From Octopus vulgaris (Eukaryota), in the NCBI GenBank assembly GCA_951406725.2, contig OX597816.1:61876001-61940000 (forward strand): 64,000 bases of DNA. Direction: 5' to 3'. The position numbers and the translations under genes were made by a program. Positions 1 to 13,103 of the stretch are shown piece by piece. The stretch's first letter is position 1, and every line of letters starts with the position of its first letter. The notes below the pieces were generated by a model. The model was not told the origin of the DNA. It worked only from the letters and a program-made list of their open reading frames with translations, and ran no database searches.

Positions 1-114
1 TGTACTATTCTGATATATATATGCACACACACACACACACACACATACATACATATATATATATATATTCATATACATAGCTAGCTGTATACAAACACAT
101 ACACACATACACAC

Positions 115-166
<52 letters not shown>

Positions 167-181
167 GTATATACATATATA

Positions 182-217
<36 letters not shown>

Positions 218-226
218 TGTATGTAT
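1..226. repeat. Compound (CA)n/(TA)n/(TATG)n microsatellite
   Basis: Directly visible simple repeats. Confidence 0.95.
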
Positions 227-547
227 ATTCAATACTTACACAGATATGCGAAATACAACTGCTACTTAGAAATATAATTAATTTTTGATATTTGGGGGCG
301 TTGATCAAGCATAGGTAAAATAAAGTCTCATGCTTACAAAGAAAACATACTAGTTGTATTTATTCCCGCAGTAATATGAAATTGAATTACATGATATTTG
401 AAATACTGAACTATCTTGAACACATATTGCTAACTACAAAACTATTGTACTTTGATATAATTTAATAAAGAAGTAAATGCTAAGCTTGTTAAATAAAACA
501 GGTTATATGCTTAGCGAGGATATTATAGAATATAATTATTGCTCACA

Positions 548-672
<125 letters not shown>

Positions 673-1331
673 AACTAATTATACACACACACATATATAT
701 GTATAAATATATGTAGACTCACCCCCCCCCCCCACACACACACGTTCCGTTTAAGTAATTTAAGCATGTCACGTTTTCCGCAGCGAATCCCATTGTCACG
801 TTTTCTTTGATGTAACATTCACAGTGACTTTTCCGATATTAATTTCTAACGTAGCACAAGCCGTTAAGTTTATAGCTAAACAAAACTTCGATGACATTTA
901 GCAAGAGAATTCTGTAGGCAAAAAAAACACCTTGCTTTCTTTTATGATAATGGGTAGGAGGACTTTATCAGAACAAGTAATATCAACGTGTATGATTGTT
1001 GACAGTATATGTCCGTCCCTATAACAACATATAATGCATCTTTGAAGGACAGCCTTGTATTCCAACGTGCATTATCGTAGAGTGAGAGAATTCATCACCA
1101 TGTGCATTCGCATATTCTTATAGAGTTCTGTGGCAACGTGCAGTGCGTTTGATGAGTAAAGGGCCTTTATCATAACATGTATTATTGTTGGAAAAATCGG
1201 GTATCTCAAAGAGTGTTATCTTTCATGAGGCCCCGTCCAGCATTTCAATCTATCAAGTGAATACGAGAATCCAATTATATCTTTCTTACAGTTCGATATA
1301 CATTTTAAGCGGAGGACCCCACCCCATTGAG

Positions 1332-1393
<62 letters not shown>

Positions 1394-1407
1394 TATTATA
1401 TATATTC

Positions 1408-1588
1408 AAAATGTGACCGCGTGTGTACCGTTGGCGATGTTTTTCCCTCTGTCTTCCCTCCTGTGGATCCTTCCTTCTCCTATGTTTCCGACGAAGAGCT
1501 TCCTTCTTTCCTGAGCGTCCGATAGTACTATATTTGTTCCACGTCCTCGCGTTGTTATGTTTTTTTGTGCTTTCTTGTTTGGATTAAC

Positions 1589-1590
<2 letters not shown>
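1408..1590 (+). mobile_element. Penelope-like terminal-repeat remnant between TA arrays, with a truncated hammerhead-like core (CCGACGAAGAGC)
   Basis: Flanked by (TA)n; shares ..GAAGAGC..TTCCTGAG(C/T)GTC..ATAC layout with 44495-44700; GAAA half of the core is missing. Confidence 0.45.
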
Positions 1591-1646
<56 letters not shown>

Positions 1647-1662
1647 TACATAGATATATATC

Positions 1663-1854
1663 ACTCTTTCACTCTTGTTTCAGTCAGTCATTTGACGAGC
1701 TTCTTTCAGTTTCCGTCTACCAAATTCACTCAGAAGGCTTTGGTCGGCCCGAGGCTACAGTAGAAGACACTTGGCCAAGGTGCCACGTAGTGGGACTGAA
1801 CCCGGAACAATGTGGTTGGTAAGCAAGCTACTTACCACACAGCCACTTCTACGC
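1663..1854 (-). mobile_element. SINE family A copy with internal deletion
   Basis: Reverse complement of family A head and core fused directly to the 3' tail at a GAC microhomology (cagtcattt-gac-gagcttctttcag); central microsatellite and 3' body lost. Confidence 0.9.
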
Positions 1855-2429
1855 ATTCTTTTTTCTTTGTAATGCCTTGCTAAAACTAATGATGAAAAAA
1901 AGATATGGTTTAGTGTACGATAAAATAGTGAATACATGCCAAATACAAAATATTAATCGTAAAAATTATTTTAAAATTCTAATCTGTACGTCACACACGC
2001 TAATAACTTTTTAAAAGCAACCACGATCAATGATTAAAACGTTCTAGCAGCGTAAAAGCAGGAGGCAAAAAATTATATTATCGACAGGTAATGTTTTCAT
2101 TCGAATGTAATAAATATTTTATTTAATGCATCGAAATTACTTAACATGAAAAAAAAAAAAAATTATGCCTATACCACAATTTATCTATAATATGTATGTG
2201 TGCGTGTATGTGTGTGTTTGTGTGTGGGGAGAGAAAGAGAGATAATACGTATATATTTATATACACATGCATACATAAACACATGTCCTCGAGAGTATAT
2301 AACAAAGTATATTATATACTGTCCGGATATTTTGTTGTTGCCTGTTACGTTCTTGTTCCATTTTTTGTTTTGTTTTATTCTATATATACATATAACAGCG
2401 TACATATACTTTTGGTATCCTGTATGTAA

Positions 2430-2515
<86 letters not shown>

Positions 2516-2518
<3 letters not shown>

Positions 2519-2680
2519 TGGCTGTGTGGCAAGTAGTTTGCTTACCAACCACATGGTTCCAGGTTCAGTCCCACTGCGTGGCACCTTGGCCAAGTGCCTT
2601 CTACTATAGCCTAGGGCCGACCAAACCCTTGTGAGTGGATTTGGGAGACGGAAACTGAAAAGAAGCCCGTCGTATATATG

Positions 2681-2713
<33 letters not shown>

Positions 2714-2936
2714 ATATGTTTGTGTCTCTGTGTTTGTCCCCTCAACATCGTTTGACAACCGATGCTGGTGTGTTTAAGTCCCCGCAACTTAGCGGTTCGG
2801 CAAAAGAGGCCGATAGAATAAGGACTATGCTTACAAAGAATAAGTCCTGAGGTCGATTTGCTCGACTAAAGGCGGTGCTCCAGCATGGCCACAGTCAAAT
2901 ACCTGAAACAAGTAAAAAAGTAAAAAGAGTAAGAGT
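2516..2936 (+). mobile_element. SINE family A (tRNA-like head, CORE-like domain, central TA/TG microsatellite, (GTAAAAGA)n-like tail)
   Basis: A-box-like TGGCTGTGTGG, B-box-like GGTTCAGTCCC, CORE-like GTGGCACCTTGGCCAAGTGCCTT; more than 12 homologous copies in the window. Confidence 0.93.
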
Positions 2937-4297
2937 TTGAATGAAGTAAAGGAGGTGTGGATAACAAGGTACGAAACAGCTTTTGTTTCGAGTCGATGAA
3001 GGTGCAGTCCTACGGTTACTCGGCTGGCTGGAAACGGTGGCCAAATTTACCTAGCTGCACATTATATTGCATTAAAAGGGGAAAGATTCGTCATATTATG
3101 AAGTCGCTGTCGGGTCGTTCTGTTTGAATCTTCGTAATCATAGTTTTTTGGGGACCTGGGCTTGTCTGGTGCAAACCTGAAGCCGTATCAGTAGCAATAA
3201 CAAAAAGGAAAACACAGGGAAGAAAAAATACACTGCAGTCTAATAAGATCTCATAAAATGCAGGAAATAACAACCATCTTTCTTTTAAATTTATCTCGTT
3301 GTCCTTAAAAACAGGGAGGGACCTATCGTTCGTACTAACGTAAAAAAGAACCATAACCATCGTTCTGCTCGGTAAATGTTGGTCTCGGGTTAAAGAACTG
3401 TACAGTTCTGTTAAACAACTCTAGCACATGTGTTGTATAGGCATAATTCTGTTTTTTCAGTTCTTCTATAGTGAGGTAGAACATATTCTAAACCAGCGCT
3501 TAGTTTAGAATTATCTTTCGTGCACTTTGTGTACTGATTTCGGGTTTCAGTAATTGAGCTTAAAATGTTAAGAAAGTTGATTTCTTTGTATATGAAAAAC
3601 AGCCAGATATTCAATCAACTTGTGGAAAAGGGTTACACGGAGACCATGAAACAGTTTAATATAAACAAAGCAGTTGTTAGAAGAGAGAGAGAAATCAAAT
3701 CAGAAGCCAGGGCCAGTTTAACTATTAGATCTTCCATAACCATAAACATGGGTCGCATCATAAATTTTGTGTTTTATTAATATCATTAAAATCATATCTC
3801 TCCGATTTACTCAATTTCTATTTGCCCAGTTTCCAATCTACTCTATAAAGCGATGCAACTCTGTTTGTGTGTGTGTGAGTGAGTGTGTGTTTTTACATAC
3901 ATACATATGTACATACGTAATTGAAGCAGTATTAATTTTAGATAGTCATCTGCGTATCATAATTAATGATCTGTGTATCATACTTTTACAGGCAAGTTAT
4001 AGCGGTTCTCGTTCGAGAATCTCTTATAAACATACTGAGATTCAAAACAGGATATATATCGGAAGGAAAAGAAAAATCGACCGGCAACGGCTACTAAGAA
4101 GAGCAGAGGCATTTCATCCTTTTTGAACTTTGTCAATGGTGTCTACTCGCAGCCGGCCATGTGCCTAGATGTGATTTGTTGCCCCAGAACTGGAGAAAAG
4201 TGGAACATTGTGAATATACGTTATTCAAAACATTTATCAAGACCGAAAAGCATCTATTTTTCTCGCTTGCCGGTGTTCAAACTATTTCTCGTCTCCC

Positions 4298-4346
<49 letters not shown>

Positions 4347-4570
4347 CATACGGATGTATATATATTATACATGAACAGATGATAGTTATACATACATATC
4401 CATACATATCCATACATATACATACATATATATATATGTGTGTGTGTATATATATATATATAATATGTACATTTTATTGAAAGTTATATATACATAGGAA
4501 TGTATATATATTATGCATACATACATATACATATGCATACACACACATATATGTATGTGTGTGTATATGT

Positions 4571-5130
4571 AGGGATGTGGATGTGGGTATGTGGGTGTGT
4601 GGTGGGGTGTTGACGGAGTGGGCATCAATAAAAAGAGAAGGTGGGTAGGAATGAAGAGAGGAAGTAGCTGTCAGATGAGAAAAGGAGAGGAAGGGAGTTC
4701 AAGTGGCGCAAAGGTGCGAAGAGAGAATATTAAATCCTGTTCACGGTGAAGGCGAGAGTCCAGATGTTCCCTGTGCAAAGACAATCCGAACACAAACAGG
4801 TATTGTAGGGAATGACCGGTAGAACGGAAGTTGCGCGAGACTGGGGTGTCATTGCCGAGTCTGGTGTCTCGGAGGTGCTCCTCGAACCGGTCAGCCAAGC
4901 GGCGTGCCGGTTGACCGATGTACAGAGAAGGGCAGAAAGAGCAGGTGATGCAGTAAATGGCGTTGCTAGAAGTGCAAGTAAAGGAGCCGGTGATATGATA
5001 GGGACGATGATGGGTGCCTTTGAGGATGATGGGTATCTATGAAGATGATGGTGTTGGAAAAGTTGGGGCAAGTGCGATGTTATGCTAAGATGTTCCTGAC
5101 TTTGGGTAAAAGAAGGTACAGGTGGATCAG
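4571..5130 (-). mobile_element. Penelope-like element 3' fragment
   Basis: GIY-YIG endonuclease reading frame plus C-rich 3' flank. Confidence 0.85.
4671..5036 (-). pseudogene. GIY-YIG endonuclease domain of a Penelope-like retroelement (truncated)
   Basis: Frame reads IPIILKGTHHRPYHITGSFTCTSSNAIYCITCSFCPSLYIGQPARRLADRFEEHLRD...REQDLIFSLRTFAP; AIY...YIG motif with CxxC; upstream stop, no RT. Confidence 0.88.
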
Positions 5131-5132
5131 TC

Positions 5133-5291
5133 AATTATGATTTTATTCAACGTATTCCCCTCTCAAATTCACAAACTTATTGCAGCGGTCCTTCAGTTTT
5201 TGTAAGCCATGTAAAAGAACTCGGGAATTTGGGCCTCCAAACAGGTCTTTCACGATACCCCTAAAACCAGGAATTTTTCAGAAACCCCTTG
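5133..5291 (-). mobile_element. Mariner-derived MITE, partial copy
   Basis: Reverse-complement homology to 34317-34507 and 62385-62598; one TIR followed by TA. Confidence 0.75.
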
Positions 5292-5636
5292 TATAAATAC
5301 AAAACACGATCCTGCTTTTATTTGCAATAAAAAAAACTTTAAGCTAAATGTTTTCCCCATTGAAACAGGCCAATATTTCATCATATTAGTCTTTTAATAA
5401 TAAATTGACATCATGATTATTGTACTTTTAGTGAACAGAGAAGTAATAGACTATCAACATTGCTGCAATTCGCAAGTTCTCGTAGTTTTCCACTGTAATC
5501 ATTTATCAGAAAGTAAAGTACATTAAAAAGTAATAACTCAAAATAATATAAATAGTTGTTTTCACGACTCCATCACGTTGGTAGATTTATTAGTTCTTTT
5601 ATGTATATGCATATATATATATATATGCATACATAT

Positions 5637-5689
<53 letters not shown>

Positions 5690-5958
5690 TATGAAAAGCT
5701 ACTATTCAGAATATTTTTGATAACACATTTGAAAGAATCTACAGAATACAAATATTTTCATCAGATATTTTGAAAGAGTTGTTTGCGCATGTTCGCCAAT
5801 ATTTTAGTGTGTGTATATGTAACTACGTATGCGTCTATGTGTGCAAAATTTATTGCCATTTAGTGTTGTGTCTCCTCCATCCTTTATTCGTCTATATTTT
5901 GGCGGTGTTGTTCATTTCTATCTATTTTTTTTCTGGGTAATACGTTTGTTTGTGTTTG

Positions 5959-6019
<61 letters not shown>

Positions 6020-6038
6020 TACATATGTATATGTGTAT

Positions 6039-6072
<34 letters not shown>

Positions 6073-7255
6073 ATGTGTATATATATATATATTTATGTAT
6101 CTCTGAATATAAAGATATACGAATATATGCCTATACATATATACAATATAAATGTATATATACATATGTATACATATGTATATATGTACATATGCATCTA
6201 TATATACGTATGTATATATAAGTGTATATGTATGTGGGTGGTGTAGAAATGATATATATATATATATATATAATATCTTTCATACCGTAATATTCTATTG
6301 ATTAATATAATGTACATGAAATGCATTTATATATGAAATGTATTTATTTACTTATTTATTAGCTTTCCATATAGAAATGTTGTATTGGAAAAATATTGCC
6401 AAAGAAAAAAAATAATAATATATAGTAACCGGAAATAATATTATGTTTTCAGAAATATACGCAGCGAATATAAATTATAATAGTGGGTGTATGTCTTCAG
6501 TACACTTTAGAGAAAATTTTAAAATCATGGTAGTATTTGCTTTGTCGTTCTAAAATTAGTGGAAATAAGAAGAAACACTACAAAACATATTATAAATGAA
6601 GTGGATGCTTGTGTACAATGTCAGGTAGTACACAACCATAAAGTTTCCTAAACGAAATTTTCCCTTCAACTTGCTTTAAGATATACGCATTTATAGAAAA
6701 GCATTCTGTAAAGTACAATATCAAAAGAGTTCGTTCAGTCTTTTATATTTTCCTTGGATTGATGTTATTTTTTTCTCTCTCAACCAAAGAGTTCCATTTA
6801 GTATATGGTTTGATTTATTGTTTTCTGTAAATAAAAGGTCATTTTTTACGTAGTAAAACTCAGTAATACACAGGTTTGTATAATGCAAACATATAAGCAT
6901 ACTCGCAGACACACACACACATAACATAACACATGTGCGTCTGTGGTTGTGTGTGAAGAAGAGGAAAAGATAGATTGGAAGCAAAAACCTGTAAATACAA
7001 CTAGCTGATAGAATATAGTCGCAAACTCCGACACATAAACACATATTTACAGGTTTACAGGTTTTAAAGAAATAGGTTGCGAAAACATAAATGCATGGCG
7101 CTTCGTATGAGTGTGCGTGTGTGTCTGTGTACGTGTATGTATGTCTATTTTGACTCACACACATACGCACACATATATATGTGTGTGTGAGCGTATTGAT
7201 ATATATGTACATGTATATATATATATGTATATATGTGTGTGTATATATATGTGCG

Positions 7256-7288
<33 letters not shown>

Positions 7289-7527
7289 ATATATGTATAC
7301 ATATGCATATGTATACATATACATTCATATACATACATAAGCTATTTATCCATCTATATACATATATATATATATATATATATACATATGCATATATACA
7401 TATATATATACATACATATACACACATATATATATACATAGATTTATATATACATATACAGTCATAAATGTATATATGTATACACACACACTTATATATA
7501 TATATATATATATATACATACATACAT

Positions 7528-7606
<79 letters not shown>

Positions 7607-7970
7607 TATATAGACATATATATATATATATATATATGTATATACGTATATGTATATATATATATGTATATAGATAGATAAACAGATATAGCTTATGAAA
7701 ATATATATGCAAGAATATTTGTTTGTGTACGTTTGTGTGTGCGCGTGTGTGTACCTGCATTTGTGTGTGTGCATGTGTGTGTTTGCATGTGTGCATGTGT
7801 GCGTGTGTGTGTGTATTTTTGCAATATGTCATGTGGTTCAATCTCAACATGAACTCTTATACTGGCGAATATTTTCTAAATTTGATTTCAAAACAGTTCA
7901 CCGTCGGCAACAAACTGCGTAAACTCTTCAAATACTAACATTCTGAGGTGATTTTCATTTGCTTTCTCAG

Positions 7971-8138
7971 CCTCTGCCATATTATTGCATACAGTTACCG
8001 CACTAACCCCCAGCATGAACTTAGCTACCATGCACTCAAACGACTTTATGCCTTATAACGAAGGCACTTATCTATCTTCTAAAATCGCTGAAAGGAGAGA
8101 CAAGCACCGAGATAAGCAATTATGTAATTGTAACATTG
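7971..8138 (+). CDS. Probable internal coding exon (168 nt, phase 1-1) of an unidentified, possibly secreted protein: (x)SAILLHTVTALTPSMNLATMHSNDFMPYNEGTYLSSKIAERRDKHRDKQLCNCNI
   Basis: TACTAAC branch point at 7933-7939, pyrimidine tract TTTTCATTTGCTTTCTCAG, donor TTG/GTGAGC, length a multiple of 3, only one frame open, non-repetitive sequence. Confidence 0.6.
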
Positions 8139-8289
8139 GTGAGCTGTGCTTTCATGGTCTCAAATATAATGATGAAGATCAAGTCTACCAGCCATATGTG
8201 CATTTTGTTGTAACAAAATTGAAAATGCAGCAAATAATATATAAAGCAGAATTTATAAAAACTGTTACGTAAATCATAAAAGTAACTTT

Positions 8290-9610
8290 ACTTGTGAATG
8301 AAAGAGGAAGAAGGCATTTTGTACGAGGTTTTGAGCGACTGAAATGTAGACAAGGAAACTTTAAAATTCTTTGTTCCAGCTTTGCGTGCAGGATGAACAT
8401 ACTAACAACAATCTAAGGCCTTCTCAACGAAGAAGCCAGATTTCTTGGTAAATGTCTTTAGGAAAATCTATTATACCCGTCTAACGATAATAGAACATGT
8501 AAATCAAATTCGATTGCTAGCTGTAGATAACTAACCTCCTTTAATGATTTGTTTAATTGTTTTGAATATTCTTCGTGTTTAAGGTGATCTTTTAATTCTC
8601 AGGGTATTTCTCAATGACATTTTATTCTGAGAAATGATATTATACGCTCCTGCATTTCTCGTAATTTGTGTCTATATATAATGGAAAGCATGAATAATAT
8701 CTGAAGAGTCTTGTCTTTCTCAATTCTTGGATATGTTTCTTTTGCCAGAAAAGGTCCGCGGATTCTACCTTCAGCTTGTTATGTCAGCAATGACTAATAC
8801 ATCTGAGCGTGCTTTCGTATTGTCTACCTGATATATACAATCTTTTGGTATCGCTTTTTTAAAATCATATGTTGACACCATGCTGTATTTAGAATAGCAT
8901 GGAGCATTCCGGTGCATGTGTCATTTAGAGTTTTCTTCATGGAAGCTGTAATGTCCATGGTGTCGAACCATAAACTAAAGCTGGCACAACTGCAACTCAG
9001 AAGAATCTATTCTAGTTTATCGCAGAAAATTAGATTTCCATACATTATCCGAACAATTAAGGAAAACTATGAGAGCTATTGCTAGACTACGGCGTTCCTG
9101 GAGAAACTGTGTGATATAAGGATGATATATCAGCACATTAGAGCTAAAATTCGTTGTGCTGACGGTGACACTAACTACTTTTAGATTACTGCCGGAGTGC
9201 TACAAGGTGACACCCTTGCATCGTACTTTTTCAAAATATGCCTTGACTCTGTACGAAGGAAAACATTGGACTAAAACAAACATCAAATAGATTTGACTGA
9301 CATTAGGAAAGGAGTAATAAATTTTCTGACAAGAAATTTGCAGATGCAGATTATGCTAATGATCTGCGAATAATCACTGATCATATGAAAGGTGCCAATA
9401 TCCTCCTACATCCTCTAGACGAAAATGCCAATGAAATCGGACAGTTTATGAACGTTTCTAAAACAATATACTTATCAAAATCAAGATAAACCTGAAAAAG
9501 TTGCACTCTCTGAATGAAAAGCAAATTAGAAAGAAGAGAACTACAAATATCTTGGAAGTTCTACCGCCAAATGGAAAAGTGACATGGAAATTGGATTAGT
9601 AAAGCAAAGT
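8290..9610. mobile_element. Degenerate, rearranged RTE/RTE-X-like LINE
   Basis: + strand 9080-9480: YGVP..IRMIYQHIRAKIRCADGDT..GVLQGDTLASYFF..DADYANDL; - strand 8975-8700: VYGSTPWT..KTLNDTCTGMLHAILNTAWCQH; many stops and frameshifts. Confidence 0.75.
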
Positions 9611-9724
9611 AACTATATTTATATATTTTAAACACCATAATTCCACCTCAGTTATTTGTTGCCAATATAAACGCCCCACAGATTCCCTAACTCTGAGTTT
9701 ACTTTATTCTTTAATGCCTCTAAT

Positions 9725-10026
9725 TTTTTTTTATTTATGCGCCCTTTTCAAGCCTAGCCAGGCTCATGGGCTCGGTTTCCCGGTTTCTGTGGCGTATGTG
9801 TTCCCCACCAGCTGGACGGGACGCCAGTCCATCGCAGCGTTACTCAAGAAACAGGAAGAAAGTGTGAGAGAAAGTTGGGGCGAAAGAGTACAACAGGGGT
9901 CGCCATCACCCCCTGCCGGAGCCTCGTAGAGCTTTAGGTGTTTTCGCTCAATAACACACAATGCCCGGTCTGGGAATCGAAACGGCGAGTTCGCTGCCCT
10001 AACCACTGGGACATTGCGCCCCCACG
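9725..10026 (-). mobile_element. SINE family B with 12-bp TSD AATGCCTCTAAT (9713-9724 / 10027-10038)
   Basis: tRNA-like head GGCGCAATGTCCCAGTGGTTAGGGCAGCG..TTTCGATTCCC; A-rich tail; homologous copies at 13104, 19847, 33998, 48835. Confidence 0.92.
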
Positions 10027-11645
10027 AATGCCTCTAATACCATTAAGAATGGGTAACCATGTCAGAACGCATCTTGAACAATAATGGTAAGTACGAAATT
10101 AATATAGTGTGGTTGATATCACTACAAAGCGTCAATGCCATTGTCTGATTGATAGTCGCATTAAATGCATTTGTATAATTATTTTGTCCCGTTATCTTTT
10201 TAGTTCTAATCCACCTGTGTACAATTTGCTCCTGAATCAGATATAGTATGTAACTATAGTATACAAGGCTCAAACTAAGCTACAATATCTTAAAGCCATA
10301 TTTATACATGCCATTACTTTTGTGATACGGTCTCCTAGAACGTATTTCTTGCATTAAATATGATTTTATGAAATACGATCAAAACCAACCTGATGTGATA
10401 ATTTTTTTTTCTTTCTGTGATGAAAATATATAGAAGGAATAATCCCGAATTACTCAATACCTCCTTTAAAATATAATTTCATACATATCTAATATTAAAT
10501 CAAGTGTCTTTAAAATCATTATATAAGAATATATATGGATGAGATGAGAGAGAAGTGAGAGTGGAAAATTGAATTTATAATTCACACTTCTATTTCTACT
10601 ATGATTGATAAATGAACTTCTAGAAAAGTGATGGAGCAATGATTTGAAACTGACTAAACATATGAATAATTCCTTTTACTATGACAGTCGATAATTAAAT
10701 GGCGGAAGGATATCCTTTCGTTCAATCTGGAATATGATTCACTTTTATAATCTTATTAAGAAATCATTATTAAATTTAACCTAGCTGCTAGATTCATTTA
10801 TTTTCATTTCTTCTATAATACATAACTTGCTTTTTCTCATTTTAGTTATATTACTTTTATTTATTAATATTGTGCAACTACAAATTGCATTCTGCGAGCG
10901 ACATAAATTTAATAGCCAAGTAATATGAACTTGCCATCATTTGATACCTGATGTACACAATCTGAAATGGAAGTGACAAATGTTCATTTTATAATTTTTT
11001 TTATGATTGATTCACCTATCAAGAAGAATGCTTTTGTCGACTCTCATAAACGATTAGATTCCGCGAATATGATATGTGCTCTGGAAACCTGAAGGTAAAT
11101 GTACTATAATTTATGTTTTCACTTCACATTTAATGCCATATTCACCTTGATTCTATACATTTCGTTCTCTATTTCAACCATTTACAATACATTTTATGCT
11201 TTTAAAAGAGAAAAAAATATATTTCCCCTGTTCCAGAATCGATATCCACCATGTATCTTCTGACAGAATGTTAAGGAACAAACAATAATTTTAACGTATT
11301 CGTTATCATGATCGAATAATTTCTATCTAAATTTTATGTAAACTAAACAAAAATTCAGCTCAAGTACTCTTCTGCTATACTCCAAGGTTGATTAATGAGA
11401 GTGAATTATAATCAGAAGGCTTAGGTAAAATCTAAATCCAGTAACTTATTTTTCTAACAAATTTCAGAAAAAAACATCTGCGCAATTATTTTATTTACAA
11501 CTTGTAAAATTGATTTTTTATTATCCACAATGGACTATACATAGATGGGACAATGCAAACATAAACTCGGGGAACTTGAAATACAAAAAGAGGATCAATT
11601 ATGACGAAAAAATTGAAGAAATCGAATGAAATATGAAAAGATATA

Positions 11646-12935
11646 CGAGGGGTGTTCAATAAGTAAAACCCCTGATCCACTTGCAGTTGTTTGATCTAGC
11701 TGAAATTTTGCATGTGCACTTATTTATATCTCTATAGATTAAGTGGCAAATTACAGCTCTGAACTAATTGTGGTTTCTGATTTACAGGTGTTTGAACTGA
11801 GTCAAGTGTGAAATGGAGCCTGTTGAGTGTCGAGCAGTGATCTGGTTTTTGTATTTGAAAGGACGCACACCACGGGAGACTTTTGATGAAATGAAAGTAA
11901 CTTATGTTGATGATGCCCCATCATATGACCTTGTAAAACGCTGGCATTGTGAATTCAAACATAGTCGGAACTCTGTGGAAACAGCTCCTAGATCTGGTCG
12001 CCCCTTCTGCCGTTGATGAGACGTCTGTCCGTCAAGTTGAGGCTGCCATTTTGGAAGGTCAACGCATAACTATTCGCCAAATAGCCCATAAGGTCAAGAT
12101 TAGTACCGGGTCTGTGGAAACTATCATTCATGACCATTTGCATATGCAAAAGGTGTCTACCAGATGGATTTCCAGGTTGCTCACACCTTTCCAGAAGCAA
12201 GAACGCGTTGAGTGCTCGAGGATGAATTTGGAGATGTGCCAAGAAGATGAGTCAAAATTTTTCAAAAGACTGATCACACAGGATAAAACCTGGGTCCATT
12301 ACTATGATCCAGAGACCAAAGCCCAGTCAATGCAGTGAAAGCACCGTGACTCACCTCCTCCAAAGAAGGCAAGGGTGCAGCCCTCCGCTGGCAAGGTCAT
12401 GCTCACAGTCTTCTGGGGCCAGGACGGAGTAGTGATGACAGATTTCCTGGCAAAGGGTACCACAATTACAGGAGCCTATTATGCTTCACTTTTGAGGAAA
12501 TTAAGAGAAGCTATCAAAATCAAGAGGCGGGGCAAGATCAGCGAAGGCATCCTCCTCCTGCAGGACAACGCTCCGGTCCACAACTCGCGTGTCGCCAGAT
12601 CAGAAGCACAGGTGTGCAGCTATGAACTCCTCCCCCATCCCCCTACTCTCCTGACCTTGCACCCTCTAATTTTCACCTCTTCCCAGCCATGAAGTTGATT
12701 TTGAAAGGAAAGCGTTTCCCAGATGATGCAGCCTTGATTTCTGAAATCACGTCGTGGTTGGAGGACCAAGCTGGGGTCTTCTACAAAAACGGTCTCCAGA
12801 GCTGTATCAAACGATGGGGGAAATGCATAACTCTGGGTGGTTCCTATGTAGGAAAAGACTAATAACTGTGCCAAGTTTCGTTGCTCTACTACTATGGGAA
12901 GTGGGTCAGAGGCATTACTTATTGAACGCCCCTCG
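11646..12935 (+). mobile_element. Full-length mariner transposon (irritans/Himar1-Hsmar2-like), 1290 bp, ~37-bp TIRs, TA TSD
   Basis: TA|CGAGGGGTGTTCAATAAGTAA... and ...TTACTTATTGAACGCCCCTCG|TA; transposase motifs inside. Confidence 0.96.
11813..12862 (+). pseudogene. Mariner DD34D transposase pseudogene
   Basis: HTH N-terminus, WISRLLT (WVPxxL), ITQDKTWVHYYDPETKAQS, SAGKVMLTVFW, LLQDNAPVH, YSPDLAPSNFHLF; frameshifts near 12000 and 12640; TGA at 12336; third catalytic D reads N. Confidence 0.95.
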
Positions 12936-13103
12936 TAATAATGAAGCGCAATGCCCACTCGACCCCCGAAGTTGAGTGGTTAATTTACAACTTGTAAAAT
13001 AATAACTTTCACGGAATACACATTTTATAATAGAAAGTAGCTGAATGAAATTTACATAATTTCGTTTAGAAATAGTTGAAAGACTATTTCTGAATTATCT
13101 AGG

